The translations under genes and the position numbers were made by a program. Below, piece after piece: positions 1-10,092 of a stretch of 47,172 bases of DNA (the first letter of the stretch is position 1; each line of letters opens with the position of its first letter). The notes under the pieces were generated by a model. The model did not search any database, was not told where the DNA came from, and saw only the letters and a program-made list of their open reading frames with translations. The stretch is from Chiloscyllium plagiosum (lineage: Eukaryota), in contig NC_057751.1 in NCBI RefSeq assembly GCF_004010195.1, forward strand, positions 8,510,279 to 8,557,450. Reading direction: 5' to 3'.

Positions 1-489
1 ATCCCATTGAGGGCATGGATGGGAAATGGTCTAAATTGGTTCTAAAAAAATGTAGGCGAGCAGAAAAGATCAGCTTCCAAGTCCCTCAGAAGGAACAAAG
101 ACTTAAGCAAACTATATCAAAAAGGAACTAAGTATGCAATTAAACACAATGCCATTCTTTCTTTTTAAAACCTCTCCAGTGAATTAACTGCAGCCAATTA
201 ATTTATGTTGGTTACAAACTGAGCTCATTCAACAACACGCCAGGGACAGAGGCTCAAACATATTCCTAAATCTGTTAAAATTCATGTAAGTCATCATTAG
301 TCTTAAGCAACTGAAGCCAACTTATTCATGGGCTGTGGGTCATATCTCAGTGGTCTTCATGCATCTGTGATGTTTCTGAGGGTACACAAAAGGAAAGCAT
401 GGGGTCATGTCACAGAACAGTTTGTCCTACGATCGTGATTTCAGCTATTAAGTTACCTCAACCCTTTATTGTTCTCCTTTAAGCAGTCA

Positions 490-825
490 TGGGAGCAGTT
501 TTTGTGGTGCTGTGTCGCTGCTTCTGAGACGGGAGGCCTGGGTTCAAATCCCACCTGCTCCAGAGCTGTGTTGTATCATGTCTGATCAGGTTGATTTGGA
601 TATATCTAGTGTCAGTGGTGGTGTGTCCCTACTTTTGGGTCAAAAGGTCTGTGCTCAAGTCCCAACAACACATCCACATGATGGATATCCATCACGAGTT
701 TCCAATCAACAACAATTCAGAAGCAGGTTGAGGTGCAGTGGTAACGTCCCTTCCTGCGAGCCAAAAGGTACAGGTTCAAATCCTGCTTGCCCCAGAGCAT
801 GTCCGAACAGATTTCTTAAAACTAT
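490..825 (+). mobile_element. Degenerate tRNA-derived SINE with about three tandem tRNA-like heads
   Basis: Three units with A-box-like GTGGT and B-box-like GGTTCAAATCC / GCTCAAGTCC (about 541, 654, 774). Confidence 0.5.
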
Positions 826-974
826 GTTGTTTTTGGTGTTCCTTCTATCACGGAAACATAAAGTGACATCAGAGCAAATGGCAAGATCGGCGTAAGCTCG
901 ATCAACGTTTTCTCTTTTCATTTTCAGAAAGAAGCCTCAAGACGAATGATGTGAAATAGTTGGTACGTCAGCAA

Positions 975-1254
975 CCAGGCCTAATGGTTTCAAGATTGTC
1001 AGCTCGGAGTGAGATATGGAGAAACTCCTTCAGTCAGAGTTATTAGGATTTGGAATGTGCTGCCCGGGAGAGGCAGACTCCAGAGGAGGTTTTAAAAGAT
1101 AGCTGGATATTTACTTAGAAATGATGAAGCTAGAGGATTATGGAGAATGGGCTAGCAATGGGATTTGCTGGGTAGCTCTTCCTGGAGCTGGTAAAGACAG
1201 TGGGTTGGATGACCTCCTTGTGCACCGTAAAATTCAATGAAATTCTATGAAATT
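975..1254 (+). mobile_element. CR1 LINE 3' end remnant
   Basis: GGAGAAACTCCTTCAGTCAGAG...TGGAATGTGCTGCC motif; ends in an ATTCAATGA/ATTCTATGA repeat tail. Confidence 0.7.
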
Positions 1255-1600
1255 GAATTTGAGATTAATCAGCACGTTTTGGGTGCATTATCTAAGTGAT
1301 TGCATTTTTCACTGACATTTCCTGAGATACACAGTAGATGACATCTGTTGACGGGCGATTTGATTGACATTTTCAGCGCTCTTTGAGGAAGTGCTGGGGG
1401 AAAGAAAGAGAAAGAGAAACCTTTTCACAAACCCACGCCAGTGTTGAGCATTGGGAGATTAAACGTCAGAGCACAGCCGCTGAGAAGGAGACACCACTGT
1501 ACACAAAATCTGGTACAAATCTGGAACTCTCTCATGCGTATGCAGCACAAACTAGCTGAATTAGTAATTTTACATCTGGGCTGGGTAGACTTTTACTTTT

Positions 1601-1940
1601 TTCATTCATTCATGGGATGAGGGTGGCATTGGCTAGGCCAGCATTTATTGTCCATTCCTAATTGCTCAGAGGACAGCTAAGAGTCAGCCATATTGCAGTG
1701 TGTCTGAAGTCATGTGCAGGCCAGACCAGGTGAGGATGGCAATTTCCTTCCCAAAAGGAACCAGGTAGGTTTTACCAACAATGGGTTCATGGCCATTATT
1801 AAGTCTCTTAATTCCAGATTCTTTTATTAAGTTCAAATTCCACCATCTGCCGTGGGTGGATTCAAATTCAGGTCAGTGAAACATTTACCTGGGTCTCTAG
1901 GTGAACGGTCAAGCGACAATACCACTGGACTATTACCTCC
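1601..1940 (-). mobile_element. tRNA-derived shark SINE with CAATAAATGCTGGCCTAGCC...CATCCCATGAATGAA tail
   Basis: Reverse complement aligns by eye along its length with the plus-strand copy at 36076-36745. Confidence 0.8.
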
Positions 1941-2492
1941 ATCTTGCCAAGGCTATTAAGAGACAGGAGGTTAATGCAGGTTACTGCAGTTCTGAGACAC
2001 AGCAGCCTTATTTGTACTGAATGACAGAATAGGGTGAAGGGTGAGAGCGGCAAACTGCTCTTTCACTTCCTAAGAGAATCAAAGACAGTGATTTTGCCTA
2101 AGAACTGGTCACTCCTGGCTGTTTTGGCCATTTCTCCTTCTCTCCCTGATCATGGTCAACGTGAAGGCAGCAGGGAAAAATACTTTGAAGTTCATAGATC
2201 ATAAAAGGTGTAGGTGTAAGGACCATGATGAGTACAACAGATTGCAAGTTGATCTCCTCAGAATTAGGGATAATTAAAGTTGTCTTAATACAAATAAATG
2301 CACATTGCCAAAAACAAATTAAGGTCCGTGTACACTCTGCTGGGTGTGAAGCTCTTGACATTTATTGCATGTTCATCAGATAAAGGGATGTGATCAATAC
2401 TACAAAGCTATTGTAAAAGCCCCAAGAACCTGAAAATGCATTTTCAGGTTAATCAACAGAAATCGAAATACTCAGGTTTTCTGTGTGACCTG

Positions 2493-2620
2493 GAGAAAGT
2501 GAGGACTGCAGATGCTGGAGATCAGAGTCAAAACGTGTGATGCTAGAAAAGCACAGCCAGTCAGGCAGCATCCAAGGAGCAGGACAGTCATCATTTCTAA
2601 CATAAGCTCTTCATTGGGAA
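2493..2620. mobile_element. Short Penelope-derived element
   Basis: GGAGAAAGTGAGGACTGCAGATGCTGGAG...GGCAGCATCC; 9-bp TSD TGTGACCTG at 2484-2492 and 2621-2629. Confidence 0.75.
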
Positions 2621-2821
2621 TGTGACCTGCCTCACTTAGATTTTTTTGTCCAACTCTGGTTTCCTCACCTGATTATCGATAGAGTCATCCTGGAAAAAGT
2701 TGCGTCTGCAATTAGCTAATTGATGACTAGGTTACATGTTTCTCATTCATGCATGGCTCAACAACCTAATTGCTTTTCACCAAAGAAAATGTTGAGATTT
2801 GGTAGGGAGCTCCAGAGTAAT

Positions 2822-3835
2822 TGTTAGGATCTTCACTGATATTTCATTGCTTTATTTATTTTTATTGTTTTTTCAGTTTTGGTTTGGAGTTGTGAATTAG
2901 GAATTGTGAGCTATAAATGTCTTGTGGGCTTTGGGATACCCTGGGGTAAAAAGAAAATAACAGACCAAACAAGCTTTCATGAGTTTGTGGGGCACAGCCT
3001 GGAAATTCAATGTGGGCTGAGTCTTGATTAAAAGGGTTTCCAATGGGCACAGAGACACTGAGAAGAGCATTATGTTTAAATAGTTGGCGATTGACTAGAT
3101 CAGTATCTGGGAATTGGTTCTGTCAAAAGACCCACTGTTCAAGCAGAAGCAGCCTTTCAATAGCAATTGAGGTTTTAAGATAAGTTCAGTCTATCCGGGT
3201 GGAAACAGAATTGAAGGTTTTTCTTTTGGAACCATGATTCCTGAGAAGACAAAACTGATTGCTAACAAGACAATATGAACATTTGAAAATTCTCTGCCTA
3301 GTCTATTATTCCAGCCTCTGGAAAACCAAAGAATAGAAAGCTGAGTGAGAAACATTACCATCTGTATGTTTGTGAAGGTAGGAGGTGATCTTAAACAGTT
3401 GCTCCAGAAGAGGACCTGAGGAGTCCATATTTACGCCTGTGAAACAACATACTTTGAAAACCAATTAAGTAATCTCATCAGTTCTGTTAGTTTCTTTTAT
3501 TTATCCCGTTACTGCATTTGTTTGTCTGTCTGTCTGTCTTTTGCATGAATGGGGGCTAGAAACAAATCTTACAGGTTTAAAGTATAGACAATGATAAACT
3601 TAGCTTGTTGTTTCTACTCAGGTCATCATGTGTCTAATAAACAGTTTAAATCTTTGAAATACAAAACTGTGCCTGGAATTAATTATGCACAAAGTCTGAG
3701 ACTGGTTCTTCACAAGACTACTTAGGGCCCATTGGAGTAATTACTGGGGGTCTTTGAGGATTTATCTTTGCCATGTTTGGACTACAGTGGAATGAAGAGT
3801 GATTTGGTTCAGCTGCCTGTCTTTATGTGCTAACA
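2822..3835 (+). mobile_element. Solo LTR (about 1.0 kb)
   Basis: Ends TGTTAG...CTAACA; 4-bp flanks TAAT/TAGT; AATAAA near 3636. Confidence 0.6.
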
Positions 3836-3899
3836 TAGTGAATGGGTCAACTTCACTCTACATTGAGACGAAATTTTCGGTTACAGAAACAGAGAACAT

Positions 3900-4290
3900 C
3901 AAGATCACTAGAAGTCCTTTATTTCACAAACTAGTTGCTTTTGTGCTCCTCCAAGCAATCCTCAGCAAGTTAACAAGCTGTCCACTTCCTCCATTGCTGG
4001 CAACAGCATGCAGTAACCACATGATGCATTGTACCACCTCAGCAAAGCTTCTGTCAACAGCACATTATAAATCGTCCATCTCGGCCAACTGGAAGGAAAA
4101 TAGCAGCAGAAACATGGGAGCACCTCCTCCTGCAAGTTCCCCTCTCAAGCACACACCATCCTTCACTGCTGCTGGGTCTAATTCCTTTAACTCCCTTCCA
4201 AATAGCTCAGTTAACATACCGATATCCAAGACCTGTAATGGTTCATGAAGGCAGCTGAGCACAAATGGCGGCCACAAATGCTAACATCTG
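3900..4290 (+). mobile_element. Degenerate 3' fragment of a CR1/L2-group LINE (same family as 25863-28205)
   Basis: CACTGCTGCTGGGTCTAATTCCTTTAACTCCCTTCCAAATAGC resembles 28040-28085. Confidence 0.6.
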
Positions 4291-4397
4291 AGACACAAAT
4301 TAAAATAAATAAATAAAATAAAATAGAAATTCTACTTCTTTATTGCAATTTTGGCCATCGCTGGAGGTGTTTTAATCACGTATACACAAAGGGTGGC

Positions 4398-4600
4398 TCG
4401 CGTGCAGAATGAAGTTGCTGTGGAAATGGTGGGTGTGGGTACAATGACAACATTTAAAAGACATTTGGGTAAGTACGTGAATAGGAAAGGTTTGGAGGAA
4501 TAGGGGCCAAAAGCAGGCACGTGGAACTAGCTTAGTTTGGGATCATGTTTGGAATGGACCGGCTAGTCCGAAGGGTCTGTTTCCACACTGTACGAGTCCA
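4398..4600 (+). mobile_element. CR1 (HER1-like) LINE 3' end
   Basis: ACAATGACAACATTTAAAAGACATTTGG...GAAGGGTCTGTTTCCACACTGTA, a tail shared with HE1 SINEs. Confidence 0.75.
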
Positions 4601-4664
4601 CGTATACCTTCATTCACAGTCTACCTGGACCATAATGTGCTGTGGTTCAGGGAGAGCACAAGTG

Positions 4665-4950
4665 CCTCCACTCCAAAAATCTGAATACAAAATCCTGATT
4701 GAACTCGAACACAGTACTGAAAGTGTGCCGCTCTGTCAGCGATACTTTGTCTCAATGGTGATGTTGAACTGTTCTCTTCACCAGACATAAAAGATCCCAG
4801 ATAAGGAGCTTTGCCCCACTGGTTAATATCTACCCATCAACCAACATCACATTACCTGGCTGCTTGTGCATAAACTGGTTTTCACGCGGTAACATTGACT
4901 ACATTTCCAAGGTATTTTGTCATCCTGAGAGCATCAAAGCTACACAAGCC
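4665..4950 (+). mobile_element. Degenerate DeuSINE (SacSINE1-like)
   Basis: CAGTACTGA..GTGCCGC..TAAAAGATCCCA..AATATCTACCCATCAACCAACATCAC match recalled Deu-domain motifs. Confidence 0.65.
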
Positions 4951-5255
4951 TTTTGTGTTTTGAACATAAAAACAAAGTAATGGAAATTGGAAAAAGAACA
5001 AGGTGCACATTTATTCAGGTCAGCTTTCTTTTTGCACCTCATGTAAGTTTTGCCATCTGTGACTGTGCTCAGTACAAGTGCATTCAGATAGTTTAAGCAG
5101 CTTGTAAAAATTACCCCTTTAGTGTAAGTCTGACAAGATGTACAATATGTTTAAATTGGTTTCTCGTTTCCACAAAGGAATATGCTGCCAGAACATTTAT
5201 TTTTCTGTACGAGCAAATAAAAAACATCAATGGGACTACACTCAATAAACAGGGG

Positions 5256-5390
5256 AAAGAAAGACTTTGCATTTATATGGCACGATTTACAACCTCAGGA
5301 TGCCCTTAAGCATTTCATAGTTGTGGGATCTTTAACATCCACTTGTTTAAACTGACAGGGTCTTAGTTTCACATCTCTGGAGAGAACAGT
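5256..5390 (-). mobile_element. DeuSINE fragment
   Basis: AAAGACTTTGCATTTATATGGC...ACAACCTCAGGATGCCC and GGGATCTTTAACATCCAC, antisense to the Deu tail and core. Confidence 0.6.
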
Positions 5391-6562
5391 TCAATTGGAA
5401 ATACATCCAATCATTTTTCTTTTACTGTATGGCCACATTAGCTGCACATATCAATACTCAAGTGTTATCCTAATCAAACCACCCCCACCTCCCCATTCCC
5501 ACATCTTTTAAAATCATTCATAGGATGTGGGCATCTCTGGCTAGGTCAGCATTTATTGCCCAATCAAAATGATGCAGAGAGCAGTTAGATTTAGATATCA
5601 ACTTAATTGTCACAAATACTCAAGTACAAAAGTGCAGGTATACAGTGAAAAGTTTTCACACGGCACCATTTTTGATCTAAGTAACCAGGTACAAAAACGT
5701 AAGAACAAAATAGTAATACGTAAGGAACTAATTTAAAAGTTAAGCACGACAGTGATTCTTAGTGTAGGTAAAAGAGAAAAGAAATGAAGTTGAAAGTTGA
5801 ACATTACAGTACCTCTCAGTATTAAGTCAAAAAAAAGAAAAATAAAGACAGCTAGTGCAGTCTTTCTGAAGTTTTTAGCCATGCTTACTGCACTGGGCTC
5901 AATCTCCTCCACTTTGGCATCCTTTCTCCGCACTGGCTCAGTCTCCCTTTTCTTGGTGTTGTTGCAGGTGTTGGGGGAAACCTCTGTCACCACGTTGGGC
6001 TCGCTCGCAGAATCTCAGACCACCAAAGCCCCCACCCTGACACCATCCCCACCAAACCCCAGCCTTGCCTTGAGTTCATGCACCAGGCCTCAGTCTCACC
6101 TTCAGTTAGAATAAAGACCACGCTGGCATCCCCCTTTCCGGTGCTCTGGACAAAATATTGCTGCATTCTGGCACAGGTTGGAGAGTGGACAGCTCTCGTA
6201 TGTGTGACATTCTGGTACAAAGGTGCCCTATTACCTTCAGTCACATTCTCTACAGCATGGAGCCTATATCATGTTTTCAGACGGTCAGTTATGTGTCAGT
6301 AGTATACAGCAACATCAGTAACCATAGAACCCAGACTATGCGTCAAAGTCTGTGATAGCGTCGCTTTGACAGTGATGAGTACAGCAAATAAACTTCATAT
6401 TACCTGACTCGCCAAGAAGGCAGAGACCTATGGGATACGTTACGTGGGATAACAGAGGCAAAATCACAACCCCATCACAAATCTCCCTCAACCTCCAACA
6501 GAAACAAGCAAACTGGTCACAAAAGCTGCCAGAAACCTGTGAAAATTTATTATAGTCATATC

Positions 6563-6775
6563 TGAAATAACTGCACAGAAGACGGTATCACATCACCAAG
6601 TTACTCTTTATTTACATATGCACAGTTCACAGACTCTGACCAGAGTCAGTCCCGAGAGTGAGGAGAATTCCTGATGCTCCTGTCAGCCAGGGCTTCCTGA
6701 TTGGATCAGGTTAAAAGTCCCAGTCAAGGATTTCATTGTCCATGAGACCAACCTGGCTCCAATCAATACACAATA
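6563..6775 (-). mobile_element. Solo LTR, same family as 7613-9527, without insertion
   Basis: Reverse complement aligns to AATCAGGAAGCCCT..TGACAG and ..GTTATTTCA of the 7613-9527 LTR. Confidence 0.75.
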
Positions 6776-7290
6776 GTAAAGGAGATGCATAAATGAAGGT
6801 TGGTGCTCAATTTTACACTTAGACCATGAAAAGGTTTAAACACTTCTGAGACTAAGGACAGAGTGCTAACTGAACAGTGGGACTTGATCATTTTTTTCTC
6901 TCTGGGGTTCTAGAATACAGCCGCCACAAGGCAATCATTGCACAGTTAAATATACAATGAAACTTAGGTTTATTCATCTTAATTCTGCAAAGTGTCCCAT
7001 GAAACATTTGTCAGTCACTACCTTCACCACGAGCAGGAAGATGAGATGATTTAAAGTGAAATGTGATTTCATGTCTCCCACTGCATCGAGTAGATGAGAA
7101 TATAAATTGGATTCAGAGAGCATATCCGTGCTTGAAATATTAGTTGCCCAGAGTTATGATGGATTTTTACAGTGTTTTTATTTACTGTGGCTGTTGTTTT
7201 TGCAAATTGTATGCGATTCCTGCATGAATTATTTTGCAGAGAGGTTAATATTCAAGGCTCAAGGCCAGTTGTGACTAACACACGAAAAGA

Positions 7291-7555
7291 AAACAACAAC
7301 TTGTATTTATGTGGTGTTTTCAGCATACTAAAATATCCCAAGGTGGTGCACGGACATGCTACGAAACACACTCTGACACCAAGTCACATCGAGGAAAATA
7401 TTTGGGCACATGGCCAAAAGCTTAACCAACGAGACCAGTTTTGAGCAGCATCATAAAGGAGGAGAGAAAGAGAGAGAGAAAGAGAGAGAGAAAGAGAAGG
7501 AAAGGCAGACATTCAAAGAGGAAATATCAGAGCTTTGGGCCCAGGCAACTGAACT
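7291..7555 (-). mobile_element. L2 LINE 3' end with internal (GA)n expansion
   Basis: AACAACTTGTATTTATGTGGTG...TCCCAAGG...CAGAGCTTTGGGCCCAGGCAACTGAA. Confidence 0.6.
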
Positions 7556-7722
7556 CCAAAGGCAAAAACAAAACACTGTGTTTGTGTAGTGCCTTTTATA
7601 ATGTCAGAACATTGTTGTGAATGGGACAAGGCCAGCCAGGTGGATTGCATAGAATATGAGTTCCTTGATCGTTAATCTGGCACAATCAGGAAGCCCTAGT
7701 TGACAGATAGAAACAGGATTTT

Positions 7723-8294
7723 CACCCGGTACGGAAGAGGGAGGGCAGGTCTGAAGACCTCCTCGTGGGTGTGCTCCTGGACCTGGCCAAACTGGCAATA
7801 AACAGGTCCAGGCAGCGGGCCGTGAAGGGGGTCGTTAGGGCCGACTGCCTGCCCCTCTTCCACGGTTAATTTAAAGCCCAGGTGTCCTTGGAGAAGGAGC
7901 ACGCGGTCTCCACTCTCACCCTGGATATGTTCAGGGAGAGGTGGGCGCCGCAGGGAGTGGAGTGCATCATTTCTCCCTCCAACTCTATTTTGATTTAGTC
8001 CCTACCCTCCCCTTCACTGTTTTGATCACACCGCACTGCCCTTTGATGTGAAGGGCAGTGCTTGTCACTGGCCACCCGGGTGTTTTCCTATATTCCTGGT
8101 GGTGGAATTTGAATAAAGATTCGTGCACTTTGTGTCTTTCACTGTGTCTCACACCTGCGCGCACACACCATGGGTGCTGGGGATAAAATAAGCACTACCG
8201 CACTTAGGTGATAATGTGGGGGTTAAAGGGGAAAAAAAATATAAAAAAAAAGAAAGAAAAAAAAGAAAAAAAAATTAAAAAAAGGAAAAAAAAA
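7723..8294 (+). mobile_element. Tx1-clade non-LTR retrotransposon, 5'-truncated copy 1
   Basis: Frame from 7723 reads HPVRKREGRSEDLLVGVLLDLAKLAINRSRQRAVKGVVRADCLPLFHG*FKAQVSLEKEHAVSTLTLDMFRERWAPQGVECIISPSNSILI* (stop 7996-7998), resembling the Tx1 ORF2 C-terminus; 3' UTR; long A-rich tail; flanked by GAAACAGGATTTT. Confidence 0.8.
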
Positions 8295-8307
8295 GAAACA
8301 GGATTTT

Positions 8308-8907
8308 CACCCGGTACGGAAGAGGGAGGGCAGGTCTGAAGACCTCCTCGTGGGTCTGCTCCTGGACCTGGCCAAACTGGCAATAAACAGGTCCAGGCAG
8401 CGGGCCGTGAAGGGGGTCGTTAGGGCCGACTGCCTGCCCCTCTTCCACGGTTAATTTAGAGCCCAGGTGTCCTTGGAGAAGGAGCACGCGGTCTCCACCC
8501 TCACCCTGGATATGTTCAGGGAGAGGTGGGCGCTGCAGGGAGTGGAGTGTATTATTTCCCCCTCCAACTCTATTTTGATTTAATCCCTGCCTTCCCCTTC
8601 ACTGTTTGATCACACAGCATTGCCCTTTGATGTGAAGGGCAGTGTTTGTCACTGGCAACTCGGGTGTTTTTTTTTCTTCCTGGTGGTGGAAATTTGAATA
8701 AAGATTCATGCACCTTGTGTCTTTCGGTGTGTCTCACACCTGCACACACACACAACATGGGCGCTGGGGGAAAAAATAAGAACTACCGCAGTTAGGTGGT
8801 AGTGTGGGAGTTAAAAAAAAAAGGAAAAAAACAGGAATGTCAGAGTTTCTGTTCTCTCTAAGACCTGGCTCTTGAGGGAGCTGGACCAGTGTGTGTTAAA
8901 AAAAAAA
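8308..8907 (+). mobile_element. Tx1-clade copy 2 with 3'-transduced LTR segment (8829-8897) and a second poly(A)
   Basis: Same ORF2 end; A-tail about 8813-8830, LTR-like segment, A-tail 8898-8907; GAAACAGGATTTT at 8295-8307 and 8908-8920. Confidence 0.8.
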
Positions 8908-8920
8908 GAAACAGGATTTT

Positions 8921-9282
8921 AGCCCGGGTGTCTCTGGAAAAGGAGCACATGATGTCCACCAACACTCTGGAGTTGTTCAGGGAGAGGTGGGTGCCGCAGG
9001 GAGTGGAGTGCATTATTTCCCCCTCCAACTCTATGTCGATTTAATCCCTGCCCTCCCCTTCAGTGTTTGATCACACAGCATTGATGTGAAGGGCACCGCT
9101 TGTCACTGGCCACTCGGGTGTTTCCTTTCTCCCTGGTGGTGGAAATTTGAATAAAGATTCATGCACCTTGTGTCTTTCACTGTGTCTCACACCTGCACAC
9201 ACACAACATGGGTGCTGGGGGGAAAAATAAGCACTACCGCAGTTAGGCGGTAGTGTTGGGGGGTAATAGGAAAGAAAAAAAA
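8921..9282 (+). mobile_element. Tx1-clade copy 3 (shorter 5' truncation)
   Basis: Begins in the ..ARVSLEKEH.. region; same 3' UTR; A-rich tail; GAAACAGGATTTT at 9283-9295. Confidence 0.8.
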
Positions 9283-9291
9283 GAAACAGGA

Positions 9292-9389
9292 TTTTCCTTC
9301 TCCTCGGATGCTGCCTGACCTGCTGTGCTTTTCCATCACCACTCTAATCTTGACTCTGATTTCCAGCATCTGCAGTCCTCACTTTTGCC
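9292..9389. mobile_element. Short Penelope-derived fragment inserted in the LTR
   Basis: TTTTCC..CTCCTCGGATGCTGCCTGACCTGCTGTGCTTTTCC..CATCTGCAGTCCTCACTTT; 15-bp TSD CAGATAGAAACAGGA at 7704-7718 and 9390-9404. Confidence 0.8.
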
Positions 9390-10092
9390 CAGATAGAAAC
9401 AGGAGTGTCAGAGTTCTGCTCACCCTAGGAGCTAGCTCTTAGCTAGCTGGGTCAGTGTTATGCGCTATGTATGTGTAAAGAAAGGGTGAGTTGATGCTGG
9501 GATACCGGCCTCTGTGGAGTTATTTCAGACATCTCATGCAATAATTAAGCACTTCTGAAGTCTAGCCACTCGTGTCATGCAGGAAAACTAACTGCCTACT
9601 GCCAATTCTCACATAGCAAGCTCCGACAAACAGCCATGCAAAATAAGTACGAGATGGAAGGACAGATATCAGCCAGGACATGAAAGAAAAGTCCCTTTCT
9701 CTTCTCCAAAAGACTTGTGATGGGAGCTCATAAATCTGAGAAAACACGTGAGTCTCAGTTTAAAAGAGAGCTCAAAGTGAACAGCACTGCACTCGGTGTT
9801 GCAAAAAATATAGGCATAGGATTGACTATCAATGTTGGCAGAGTGTGTGAAATGGATCCACAAAGTTTCTGACTCATGTGTGAGATCTACCGGAGTCTGA
9901 ACAGAATATAATTGATACGTTTCATCGACCTGCCTGGATATACTACATTGTTATTTTATCAAAGAGTTCAGGCACGTTCTGATACAGGCAGAACTTGAAC
10001 CTGCGTTCTAGCTCAGAGCTAAGGACACTGTGACTGATGATGCACCACAAGTGAATGTGTATGTTGTTGTGAATAAACCAAACAGGAACTTT

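Larger units (their letters stand above)
7613..9527 (+). mobile_element. Short solo LTR (about 230 bp) interrupted by nested insertions
   Basis: TGTTGTGA...TATTTCA ends; 5-bp flanks AACAT/GACAT; halves 7613-7718 and 9405-9527 join into a sequence matching 6563-6775. Confidence 0.8.

Noticed and set aside
928..962. Strong plus-strand acceptor TTTTCATTTTCAG with donor TTG|GTACGT
   Set aside because: Stops in all three frames and no partner exon found; at most a non-coding exon.
3799..4248. 149-aa ORF
   Set aside because: Spans an LTR end and a decayed LINE 3' fragment.
7710..9295. GAAACAGGATTTT recurring four times, superficially CRISPR-like
   Set aside because: Intervals are 360-600 bp homologous LINE ends with poly(A); the repeats are TSDs in eukaryotic DNA and there are no cas genes.
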